The notes below the pieces were generated by a model. That model was not told where the DNA came from, did not search any database, and saw only the letters and a program-made list of their open reading frames with translations. A stretch of DNA of 64,000 nt. Source: an uncultured Candidatus Binatia bacterium. Its GTDB lineage: Bacteria > Desulfobacterota > Binatia > Bin18. The position numbers and the translations under genes were made by a program. This document shows, one piece after another, positions 40,942 to 49,412 of this stretch (position 1 is its first letter; each line of letters begins with the position of its first letter). Location of the stretch: the NCBI GenBank assembly GCA_965214605.1, contig OZ243961.1:2432001-2496000 (forward strand), written 5' to 3'.

Positions 40942-41859
40942 ATGCGAGTTCTTGCTCCAGCTAAAGTCAACCTGTTGTTGCGCATCCTTGGTCGCCGGGA
41001 AGACGGCTATCATCTGCTCAATTCTCTCATGCTTCCGGTCAGCCTGTATGATGAGATTTGGATACGGTTGGACAATGTGGTATCAGCCGACTCGCCCACA
41101 CCGACGGCACAGATTTGCCTGAGCTGTGACGACACACGTATTCCTAGCGATGAGACCAATCTAGCCTATCGTGCCGCCTCGCTGCTGTGTCAAGAAGCCG
41201 GACTCGTCGCCCGTCTCTCGCTCCGTCTTATAAAACGCATTCCGGCCGGTGCCGGTCTGGGCGGTGGAAGCAGCGATGCGGCGGCGGTCTTAAAAGGGCT
41301 CAACAGCCTGCTTCGGCTTGGCTGGACTGAGCAGCGATTGTGCAATCTAGGGCTACGTCTAGGTGCGGATGTACCGTTTTTTATTCCGTGTCGACCTGCT
41401 CGGGTGACAGGGATTGGCGAGGAATTGAGCCCGGCTAGGATGGCCGGGAGGCGGTGGCTGGTACTGATAGTTCCAGCCTTTGGTGTCTCTACATCATGGG
41501 CCTACCGGCGTTTTGACCAGCTGATCGGGGCAACCGCTAGTGACCTGTCTCCAACGACCGCCGTCTTGGCTGATGGATGGCCGTCGCCAGTCGCTTGTGT
41601 CAACGATCTTGAGCGGGCCGTACTGCCCGCCCATCCGCTTCTTCAAGACCTAAAAAATATGCTTCTGAGCGCTCGGGCCGAGGCTGCTCTAATGTCTGGA
41701 AGCGGGTCGGCTATATTCGGGCTGTTCGACCGCAGGGCGGCCGCCCAACGGGCGGCGGACAGCATTGCCCAAACCGTGGCTCAACAGGGCCGGGTGTTCG
41801 TGGTCAAATCCTTGACTGGAGATCTGCGCTGTGTTCCCCAGAATGGTCTCTCGGTTTAA
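40942..41859 (+). CDS. ispE: 4-diphosphocytidyl-2C-methyl-D-erythritol kinase
   Basis: APAKVNL, KRIPAGAGLGGGSSDAA, LGADVPFF, MSGSGS motifs. Confidence 0.95.
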   Translation: MRVLAPAKVNLLLRILGRREDGYHLLNSLMLPVSLYDEIWIRLDNVVSADSPTPTAQICLSCDDTRIPSDETNLAYRAASLLCQEAGLVARLSLRLIKRIPAGAGLGGGSSDAAAVLKGLNSLLRLGWTEQRLCNLGLRLGADVPFFIPCRPARVTGIGEELSPARMAGRRWLVLIVPAFGVSTSWAYRRFDQLIGATASDLSPTTAVLADGWPSPVACVNDLERAVLPAHPLLQDLKNMLLSARAEAALMSGSGSAIFGLFDRRAAAQRAADSIAQTVAQQGRVFVVKSLTGDLRCVPQNGLSV

Positions 41860-41953
41860 ACCTAGTGTGGGCTGGGACAACCTTCCCCCCTTGACTTTTT
41901 GCCTATCTGGCCTTTAGTTGGACGGCCTGAATGACAGTGTAAGGCCATTCTGG

Positions 41954-42027
41954 TGGGGAGTAGCCAAGCCAGGCAAGGCACCGGGTTTTGGCCCCGGTAT
42001 TCGCAGGTTCGAATCCTGCCTCCCCAG
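41954..42027 (+). tRNA. tRNA-Gln(TTG)
   Basis: TGGGGAG/CTCCCCA acceptor stem, CCGGG-TT-TTG-GC-CCCGG anticodon arm, GGTTCGAATCC; canonical ispE-tRNA-prs position; CCA not encoded. Confidence 0.95.
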
Positions 42028-42103
42028 TGAAGGTGAACGATGATCTCTTTCCGTGTGGGGGGTCACCTTTTTCTGTCCAGTCTTTCTCACGAGGGATCTC
42101 CGA

Positions 42104-43075
42104 ATGAGGGATGTATTAAAGATCTTCGCCGGAAGATCGAATCGGCCGTTGGCTGAAGAGATTTGTGCCAGCCTACCAGAGCGGCTGGGAACGGCTGATA
42201 TTCGGACCTTCAGCGATGGCGAAAGCTCGGTTGAAATTACTGAGAATGTTCGGGGTGGTGACGTCTTTGTAGTGCAGTCTTTGTGTACCCCCGTCAACGA
42301 TCACCTCATGGAGTTGCTACTGATGCTTGACGCGTTCAAGCGCGCCTCGGCAAACCGGATTACCGCCGTGATTCCCTACTACGGCTATGCCCGTCAAGAT
42401 CGAAAGGTTGCCCCCCGCGTGCCGATTAGCGCAAAATTGGTGGCCGACCTGCTCACCACTGCGGGAGCCTCGCGGGTGCTAACGGCAGAATTACACGCCG
42501 GCCAGATTCAGGGCTTCTTTAATATCCCGGTCGACAACCTGTTTTCGGCACCCGTGCTCGTGCCGTATCTGAGCTCCCGGGTCGGGCGCGAGAAGATCTG
42601 TGTTGTGTCTCCAGACGCGGGCGGAGTAGAACGCGCCCGGGCGTTTGCCAAGCGCCTTGGAGCCTCCTTGGCGATTATAGACAAGCGTCGTGGTCAGGAG
42701 GTCGAAGATAGTCTGTCGGCTAACGCCAACCGTAGCGTTGCCGAGATGCACATCATTGGTGATGTTGGCGGTCGGGTTGCTGTCTTAGTCGATGATATGG
42801 TGGATACAGCCGGGACTCTCACCACCGCGGCTTCGGCACTGCACGAGGCCGGAGCCCAGGCGGTCTTTGCCTGTTGTACACACGCCGTGCTGTCTGGCCC
42901 GGCAATTCGACGGATAGAGGAGTCTGCTCTGGAGGAACTTGTGGTCACCAATTCGATTCCGCTCCGGCCCGAGACCCACGATCTGGACAAAATTCACGTC
43001 CTGTCAATCGCTCCGCTGATGGGAGAGGCCATTCGACGTATCCACAATGAGGAATCGATTAGCTCTCTGTTTTAA
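42104..43075 (+). CDS. prs: Ribose-phosphate pyrophosphokinase
   Basis: [31 protein letters not shown] motifs. Confidence 0.97.
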   Translation: MRDVLKIFAGRSNRPLAEEICASLPERLGTADIRTFSDGESSVEITENVRGGDVFVVQSLCTPVNDHLMELLLMLDAFKRASANRITAVIPYYGYARQDRKVAPRVPISAKLVADLLTTAGASRVLTAELHAGQIQGFFNIPVDNLFSAPVLVPYLSSRVGREKICVVSPDAGGVERARAFAKRLGASLAIIDKRRGQEVEDSLSANANRSVAEMHIIGDVGGRVAVLVDDMVDTAGTLTTAASALHEAGAQAVFACCTHAVLSGPAIRRIEESALEELVVTNSIPLRPETHDLDKIHVLSIAPLMGEAIRRIHNEESISSLF

Positions 43076-43113
43076 GCTAGCGCTACGAGAGAGGCGAAGA
43101 AAATGAGGACACG

Positions 43114-43770
43114 ATGGAAAACGTACAGCTGAGAGTTGAAACGCGTCAGGCAAAAGGAAAAGAACGCGCTGCCCAAATGCGGCGGGCGGGGAAAGTGCCG
43201 GGCGTCTTTTATGGAACCGGAAGAGCGGCGACCTCTCTCAGCGTTGATGCTAAGGAGTTTCGCATACAACTGTCGAAAATCCAAGGTGCGCCTCTACTGA
43301 AACTGTCTTCCTCAGCCCCTGAATTGAACGATAAGCTCGTTTTGCTCAAAGAAGTGCAGTGCCATCCGGTGACCAGCGCGTTCTTACATGCCGACTTCTT
43401 TGAGGTTGATGAGAGCAAGCGGCTCCAGACCATCATCCCTGTCCATATCTCTGGCAGAGCCAAAGGCGTCACGGCTGGTGGGACGCTCCAGGTCCTGCTC
43501 CGTGATATTACCATTGAGTGTTTGCCTCGCGACCTACCTTCCTCGGTTGAGATTGATGTAACCGAACTCGATATCAACGATGTAATTCGTATTGAAGACC
43601 TGAATCTATCCGAGCAGGTCACAGTCCTCACCGGTCTGCATACAGCCGTAGTTAACGTCCAAATGCGTCGCCAGCTACAGGTCGTGGAAGAAGAAACCAC
43701 TGAAAAGGAGATCGCCGAAACCACCGAAGAACGGCCAGCAGACAACGCTTCAGCCGGAGCAAGCGAATAG
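43114..43770 (+). CDS. rplY: 50S ribosomal protein L25 (Ctc/TL5 long form)
   Basis: RRAGKVPGVFYG, HADF, position after prs. Confidence 0.93.
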   Translation: MENVQLRVETRQAKGKERAAQMRRAGKVPGVFYGTGRAATSLSVDAKEFRIQLSKIQGAPLLKLSSSAPELNDKLVLLKEVQCHPVTSAFLHADFFEVDESKRLQTIIPVHISGRAKGVTAGGTLQVLLRDITIECLPRDLPSSVEIDVTELDINDVIRIEDLNLSEQVTVLTGLHTAVVNVQMRRQLQVVEEETTEKEIAETTEERPADNASAGASE

Positions 43771-43795
43771 CTGTCCACCGCTTAGAAGGAACGTC

Positions 43796-44330
43796 GTGCG
43801 TGCGTTGGTCGGTTTGGGGAATCTAGGCCCGGCTTATACAACACCCATCACAATCTGGGTTATCGACATACTGGTAGGACGATGGTGCATTCTGCTTGTC
43901 AGCAGCCCACTGCTATCTCTGATCGGTCAGGGATGCCGCTATACCCAGACCGTCCTGTTTGTCCAGCCCCGGACCTAGTATGAACAATAGCGGGGAAGCG
44001 GCGGGCTAGGTTTGGGATTTTTATGATTTGTCTGCGCCCGATTTCCTGGTCGTACACAATGACCTCGATCTGCCCGCGTGCCGTATTCCCGCCAAGCGGG
44101 ATGGGGGGGGGTGGCGCTGGTAGCAATCGGGGAATAGCTTCGATCATTGACGGACTTGGCAGTAAGGATTTTCCCTGAGTGAAGATCGCTGTTGGACGAC
44201 CTCAGGATACCACGCGCATCTCGCGCACCTGAAGGAGTATTTAGGTTCTGCATGGCGATGCACGCAGGGGATGCGGTCGAGGGGATGCTCGCACAAGGGC
44301 TGGAGCGGGCAATGGACAGGCTTAATCGGG
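43796..44330 (+). pseudogene. pth: Peptidyl-tRNA hydrolase pseudogene
   Basis: LVGLGN..HNLG; QPRT/MNNSGEA; VVHNDLDLP..GSNRGIASII..DFP*VKIAVGRP; GLERAMDRLN; multiple frameshifts and stops. Confidence 0.9.
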
Positions 44331-44431
44331 TCGGGGGCGAAGTCCCGCCGATTTGGACCTCAATCCGCTCTATTGTCGCCCCTTTTTCCCTATGCTATGC
44401 AAAACATATATCGTGCAGACCGGAGGAATGC

Positions 44432-44920
44432 ATGCCGATTTATGAAACACTCACTATTCTTCGTCCCGACTTGGCCGAGGCTCGAGTGAAGGAAATCTTG
44501 ACCTGGATGGAAAAGCTTGTCGAGAACGGCCGAGGAAAGGTGCTCCAGGTTGAAGAGTGGGGAATGCGTGATCTCGCCTATCGGATTCAGAAACAACGTA
44601 AGGGCTATTACGTCCGCCTCGAATACGAGGCCATACCTGCGGCGCTCCAAGAGCTGGAACGCAACTTTCGGTTGAGCGAAGATGTGATACGGTTTCTGTC
44701 CGTCGTGCGCAAAACCCCTTCAGTCAAGCTCCCAAGCATGCAGCCTCACTCCGAAGCGGTTACCGAGATAGCTGCCGATACGCCGTCCGAAGCTTCTATT
44801 GAACCTGCCGCTGAGACGGGCCCACCAGCCCTACAACAAGGGGCCACACAGGATCCTGCGGTCACGCCTGCGGGTGGGCAGGATAAGCATGACGAGTCAC
44901 CCTCGCCCGCTACAAATTGA
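44432..44920 (+). CDS. rpsF: 30S ribosomal protein S6 with a long C-terminal tail
   Basis: YETLTILRPDL, WGMRDLAYRI, GYY, VIRF motifs. Confidence 0.95.
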   Translation: MPIYETLTILRPDLAEARVKEILTWMEKLVENGRGKVLQVEEWGMRDLAYRIQKQRKGYYVRLEYEAIPAALQELERNFRLSEDVIRFLSVVRKTPSVKLPSMQPHSEAVTEIAADTPSEASIEPAAETGPPALQQGATQDPAVTPAGGQDKHDESPSPATN

Positions 44921-44943
44921 CAAGACACTGAGGAGAACAACGC

Positions 44944-45234
44944 ATGGCAAGATCACCGGCAAGAGGAGGGAGGTTCCGACGCGCCCAGCCTGGGGACGAT
45001 AAATTTCCGGCACGCCGCCGCTTGCGACGAAAAGTGTGTCGGTTCTGTGCTGATAAAAGTCTGTCGATTGACTATAAGGAAGCACGCATCCTCGAGGACT
45101 TCATCACTGAACGAGGAAAAATTATTCCCCGCCGCATCACCGGAACGTGTGCCTGGTGTCAGCGTAAACTGACAACGGCTGTCAAGCGGGCGCGGGCGAT
45201 TGCTCTACTGCCGTATGTGAGAACCCAGGTGTAA
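44944..45234 (+). CDS. rpsR: 30S ribosomal protein S18 (C+ zinc type)
   Basis: [24 protein letters not shown] motifs. Confidence 0.97.
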   Translation: MARSPARGGRFRRAQPGDDKFPARRRLRRKVCRFCADKSLSIDYKEARILEDFITERGKIIPRRITGTCAWCQRKLTTAVKRARAIALLPYVRTQV

Positions 45235-45288
45235 GTCTCAGGCAGATCGCTCCGCCTTGTGTTTTGGTGCGCACTGCCGTAAAGAAGA

Positions 45289-45741
45289 ATGGCCATGGAG
45301 ATTATTCTACAGGAAGAGGTCGCCAATCTGGGGCAGATTGGCGATATTGTTAAGGTCAGAGATGGCTACGCGCGGAACTATTTGCTGCCCCGTGGGCTGG
45401 CAGTTGAGGCAAACCGGCGCAATGTCCGCGTCCTCGAACATCACAAGCGTTTGGTGGCGGGCAAAAAAGAACGAGCCGAGCGCCAAGCCCAGGCACTCGT
45501 TGAACAGCTGTCCGCCTTGAGTCTCACCATACCAGCCAAGGCAGGAGAAGAAGGACGCTTGTTTGGATCGGTCACGAATATTGACCTTGAGACGGCCCTC
45601 AAAGAGAAGGGGATGAGCCTTGACCGACGGAGAATTCTCCTTGACGAGCCGATCAAGCAGGTGGGGTCATATGAGGTGTCGATCAATCTGGGCAACGCAA
45701 TGCGGGCAACTATTAAGGTTGAGGTCACTGCCGAATCCTAA
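45289..45741 (+). CDS. rplI: 50S ribosomal protein L9
   Basis: VKVRDGYARNYLLP, LFGSVT motifs. Confidence 0.97.
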   Translation: MAMEIILQEEVANLGQIGDIVKVRDGYARNYLLPRGLAVEANRRNVRVLEHHKRLVAGKKERAERQAQALVEQLSALSLTIPAKAGEEGRLFGSVTNIDLETALKEKGMSLDRRRILLDEPIKQVGSYEVSINLGNAMRATIKVEVTAES

Positions 45742-45801
45742 GCCAGTTCCCTCTCCTCGCTAAATGGCGCAACTCAAGGAAAGCAGAAGAGACGATTTTG
45801 C

Positions 45802-45873
45802 AGGCGCGTAGCTCAGTGGGAGAGCGCTTCCTTGACGCGGAAGAGGTCGGCGGTTCGATACCGCCCGCGCCTA
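45802..45873 (+). tRNA. tRNA-Val(GAC)
   Basis: AGGCGCG/CGCGCCT acceptor stem, CTTCC-TT-GAC-GC-GGAAG anticodon arm, GGTTCGATACC. Confidence 0.95.
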
Positions 45874-46002
45874 TGGTAATATACACGTGAGCACTGTAAC
45901 AGCGGTCTTCAGAGGACGCACGGGGGAAGGTTTTCCCACCGGTTTGGTCCGTTTTGCCTGCCTCAACCGCATGGCTGCTGCCCACGTGCCGGGAGGTGAG
46001 CC

Positions 46003-46515
46003 ATAGCTCGAGAAGCAGGGGTCCGGATTAATCAACAGATCCGCGCACGCGAAGTCCGTGTCATTGATGAAGGCGGAACCCAGATCGGCATCATACACTT
46101 AGCTGAGGCCCTACGTATGACCGAGGAGCGAGAACTCGATCTGGTCGAAATATCACCGACCGCCTCGCCTCCGGTTTGCCGAATTATGGACTACGGCAAG
46201 TACCGTTACCTGCAGAAGAAGAAAGCCCAGGAGTCACGGAAAAATCAAATCCAGGTGCTGGTTAAAGAGGTGAAACTCGGCTCCCGAACGAACGATCACG
46301 ATATTGATTTCAAGGTCAATAATATCAGGCGTTTCCTGGAGAAAAAGCAACGGGTCAAAGTGTCGGTTTTTTTTCGCGGTCGGGAGATTACCCATCCCGA
46401 GATTGGCAAGGAGCTGTTGGACAAAGTGTTTCAAAAAATTGAGGATATTGGGACGATAGAAAACCAGGCCCGTTTAGAGGGCCGCAATATGTCTATGCTC
46501 ATTGTTCCGAGGTAA
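46003..46515 (+). CDS. infC: Translation initiation factor IF-3 (non-canonical ATA start)
   Basis: GGAGGT RBS then ATA at 46003 in frame; RINQQIRAREVRVI, DLVEI, DYGKY motifs. Confidence 0.95.
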   Translation: MAREAGVRINQQIRAREVRVIDEGGTQIGIIHLAEALRMTEERELDLVEISPTASPPVCRIMDYGKYRYLQKKKAQESRKNQIQVLVKEVKLGSRTNDHDIDFKVNNIRRFLEKKQRVKVSVFFRGREITHPEIGKELLDKVFQKIEDIGTIENQARLEGRNMSMLIVPR

Positions 46516-46518
46516 GCT

Positions 46519-46716
46519 ATGCCAAAGCTGAAAACGTGTCGCGGGGCGGCCAAACGTTTTAAGGTGACGGGCTCAGGAAAGGTGCGGCGCTACCGTGCTT
46601 ATCGGCGCCATATTCTTTCTACCAAGACGACAAAACAGAAACGGCGGCTGAGGCAGTCCAATCTCGTCTCGACGGCTGATGAACGCGCGATTCGATACTT
46701 GATTCCGTTTCTGTAG
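46519..46716 (+). CDS. rpmI: 50S ribosomal protein L35
   Basis: [18 protein letters not shown]. Confidence 0.97.
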   Translation: MPKLKTCRGAAKRFKVTGSGKVRRYRAYRRHILSTKTTKQKRRLRQSNLVSTADERAIRYLIPFL

Positions 46717-46730
46717 ACGAAGGAGAACAC

Positions 46731-47090
46731 ATGCCCCGAGCAAAACGCGGCTTCAAAGCTCGCCGCCGTCGAAAAAAGCTTCTCAAGCTTGCCAAAGGCT
46801 TCGTAGGGGGTCGCCGTCGTCTATACCGTCAGGCACGGGAAACGGTTGAACGCGGCTTGGTCTATGCCTACCGGGATCGCCGGGTAAGAAAACGTACCTT
46901 TCGGCGTTTATGGAACGTCCGTATTAACGCCGCCGCCCGTCTGAACGGTTTATCATACAGCCGTTTGATTCACGGCTTAACGCAGGCTGATGTTGCCATA
47001 GATAGAAAGATTCTGGCCGCATTGGCTGTTCATGATCCGGATGCTTTTGCTGCGGTTGCCAAGGTTGCCAAGGAACGTTTGGCTGCCTAG
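46731..47090 (+). CDS. rplT: 50S ribosomal protein L20
   Basis: [24 protein letters not shown] motifs. Confidence 0.97.
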   Translation: MPRAKRGFKARRRRKKLLKLAKGFVGGRRRLYRQARETVERGLVYAYRDRRVRKRTFRRLWNVRINAAARLNGLSYSRLIHGLTQADVAIDRKILAALAVHDPDAFAAVAKVAKERLAA

Positions 47091-47141
47091 GACGTGCTCT
47101 GCTACCCCGGCGGCGTTGCTGAGCCCGAGCGGGAGGCTGGC

Positions 47142-47429
47142 ATGACAAAAGCCGACATTGTTGAACGGATATACGAAGAAGTGGGATTTTCGAAAAAAGA
47201 GGCGACCGAGGTCGTTGAGTCGATTTTCGAAATTATAAAGACCCGTCTTGAAGAAGGCGAAAAAGTCAAAATTTCGGGCTTTGGGAATTTTGCTATCAAT
47301 GAGAAACGACCTCGCAAAGGGCGCAATCCTCAAACCGGAGAAACGATTGTAATCTCCGGTCGTCGGGTGCTCTCGTTCAAATCGAGCCCGGTACTGAAAA
47401 AGGCGCTGAACCCTTCCTATAATAATTAG
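47142..47429 (+). CDS. ihfA: Integration host factor alpha
   Basis: MTKADIV, KISGFGNF, GRNPQTG motifs. Confidence 0.93.
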   Translation: MTKADIVERIYEEVGFSKKEATEVVESIFEIIKTRLEEGEKVKISGFGNFAINEKRPRKGRNPQTGETIVISGRRVLSFKSSPVLKKALNPSYNN

Positions 47430-47436
47430 GTTTGTT

Positions 47437-47853
47437 GTGGAACAATCTGATTTACCCAACAAGCTCTATTTCCGAATTGGGGAAGTGGCAAAGATTGTTG
47501 GGGTCAAGCCATACGTCTTGCGTTATTGGGAGACGGAGTTTCCGAGTATCAAACCCGGCAAAACTCCATCTCGCCACCGTCTGTACCGCCGTCGTGATGT
47601 TGAGCTGCTGCTGGAAATCAAGCACCTCCTGTACGACGAGCGGTTTACGATTGCCGGAGCCAAAAAACAGCTCAAAGACCTTGAAAATTCCCCCCCTCAA
47701 ACTGCTGATACAAGCGTCCTCCAACCGGCCGAACGAACGGTCCAGCCAGCCGAACCGCCCAGTGCGCCTTCGTCTGAACAGCGCCAACTCTTACGCACCA
47801 TCCGTCAGGAGCTTCAGGCCTTGTACTCCGCGCTTGAACGCAAACTGGGCTGA
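47437..47853 (+). CDS. MerR-family HTH protein (ihfA-associated)
   Basis: YFRIGEVA..YVLRYWETEF..RLY..FTIAGA. Confidence 0.9.
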   Translation: MEQSDLPNKLYFRIGEVAKIVGVKPYVLRYWETEFPSIKPGKTPSRHRLYRRRDVELLLEIKHLLYDERFTIAGAKKQLKDLENSPPQTADTSVLQPAERTVQPAEPPSAPSSEQRQLLRTIRQELQALYSALERKLG

Positions 47854-47979
47854 AGCGTGCTACGCTTGTGCGTTTCTATCTTGACCTTTCTTTCCCGTGT
47901 GTGGTACTGTCTTTGGTCCTTAGATTAGACATAAATCTGCTTGGTCGATAGGGCTAGAGCGGTGGATCGTTGAAAAACT

Positions 47980-49212
47980 GTGGAAGGGGTGGTGCGGAGG
48001 ATGTGGACCACATGTGTATCCAGGATTCCCAGTAAGACTCTGTTGTGGGGATTGACTGGCGGGCTGCTTCTGTGGGGACTCACGTTCAACGTCGGCCCTT
48101 CCTCCGTCCGGGCCAATCTCCTGTCCGCGGTGTCACTCCAGTCGGTTGACGCGCCGCCTTTACCGCCGACTCGGGACTTTGCAGCCGTCTTGCTTCAAGA
48201 GGCGGACAGTGGCCAAGTGTTGTTCGCTCGGTACGAGAAACGTGTCTGGCCGCTCGCCTCACTGACCAAGATGATGGTTGGTCTGATTGCCTTGGAAGCC
48301 CTGCGGGACGGCCAGGTATCACTCGACACTTCCGTTCCCATTAGTCGCCGAGCCAGTCGGGCCGGTGGACGTAGTGTGAATCTCCGAGTTGGAGAGCGTC
48401 TGCCCTTTGGCGAACTACTACAGGCTATGTTAGTGACCTCGGCCAACGGTGCCGCCGTAGCTATAGCTGAACACTTGAGCGGATCGGTCGAGGCGTGTAT
48501 CCAAGCGATGAATGCGCGAGCCGCGGCTTTGGGTATGAACCAAACGCGTTTTCAGACAGTCAATGGTTTACCGCCGTCTAGGCGGGTTGCTCCTGATCAA
48601 GCCTCAGCCTTGGATCTGACGATCTTAGCGCGCGCCTTGCTGACCTACCCCGAGCTCTTGGACTGGACCTCACGCCGACGAATTCCTTTCCGAGCCGGCA
48701 AACAACGCTTCAAGAACACCAATCTTTTAGTTGGTCGCCTTACCGGTGTGGACGGGCTCAAAACCGGCTATACTGCAAAGGCACGCTTTAACCTGGTCAC
48801 CACGGCCAAACGCGACAGTTTGCGGCTCATCGCCGTGGTATTGGGCGGACGCAACAGTCGGATTCGATTTCGGACCGCGGCCAATCTCTTAGAATGGGGC
48901 TTTGCCCATTTTACCCGGCTACGTTTGATCAGAGCCGGACAACCTTTGTGGACAGAGGTTCAGGTAGAAGATGGCAGCGTTTCGAGTCTCCAGCCGATTG
49001 CCGGAGCAGACTCAACGTTGTTTGTCCGCAAGGGAGATATCAAAGATCTTCAGATTACGCTTGAGTTACCGTCGGTCGTGACAGCGCCGGTCGCTGACCA
49101 TCAAGTCCTAGGCCGCGTCGTTGTTGGGAATACTCATCAGATGCTTACTGTAATCCCTGCTCTCAGTCCGAGCTACGTACCTGAGGCCCGCTGGAGGCGA
49201 GTCCGACGCTAA
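47980..49212 (+). CDS. D-alanyl-D-alanine carboxypeptidase (S11, DacA-like)
   Basis: ASLTK (SxxK), SAN (SxN), KTG motifs. Confidence 0.92.
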   Translation: MEGVVRRMWTTCVSRIPSKTLLWGLTGGLLLWGLTFNVGPSSVRANLLSAVSLQSVDAPPLPPTRDFAAVLLQEADSGQVLFARYEKRVWPLASLTKMMVGLIALEALRDGQVSLDTSVPISRRASRAGGRSVNLRVGERLPFGELLQAMLVTSANGAAVAIAEHLSGSVEACIQAMNARAAALGMNQTRFQTVNGLPPSRRVAPDQASALDLTILARALLTYPELLDWTSRRRIPFRAGKQRFKNTNLLVGRLTGVDGLKTGYTAKARFNLVTTAKRDSLRLIAVVLGGRNSRIRFRTAANLLEWGFAHFTRLRLIRAGQPLWTEVQVEDGSVSSLQPIAGADSTLFVRKGDIKDLQITLELPSVVTAPVADHQVLGRVVVGNTHQMLTVIPALSPSYVPEARWRRVRR

Positions 49213-49241
49213 GCACGACTCAGAGAAAATTGCCTTCCAAG

Positions 49242-49336
49242 GGCTCAGGCGTGTATTGCTCTTCGGCGCAGCCCCGGTCTCGTCGGACCGATGCAGCGCC
49301 GCTCGGCTCAGGCGTGTATTGCTCCTCGGAGCAACC
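49242..49336. repeat. Two-copy 32-bp direct repeat (period 63) upstream of groEL
   Basis: ggctcaggcgtgtattgctcTtcggCgcaGcc at 49242 and ggctcaggcgtgtattgctcCtcggAgcaAcc at 49305; 29/32 identical. Confidence 0.9.
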
Positions 49337-49338
49337 TC

Positions 49339-49366
49339 TTGCAATCTGGCGAAGAGTGTTTATTTT
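49339..49366 (+). promoter_or_regulatory. Candidate sigma70 promoter for groEL
   Basis: TTGCAA-N16-TATTTT about 45 bp upstream of the start. Confidence 0.35.
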
Positions 49367-49412
49367 ACTGGCTCTCTGTATGCACCGGAGATCTGAAAGG
49401 AGAGAATAAGCG

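Noticed and set aside
44192-44431. N-terminal extension of rpsF in the ORF track
   Set aside because: It is the read-through tail of the pth pseudogene; the real RBS and ATG are at 44432.
49242-49336. Calling a bona fide CRISPR array
   Set aside because: Only two imperfect repeats, with no AT-rich leader and no cas genes in the window; kept as a repeat.
49338-49400. CIRCE/HrcA operator before groEL
   Set aside because: cttgcaatc-N7-gagtgttta has the wrong spacing and several mismatches to TTAGCACTC-N9-GAGTGCTAA.
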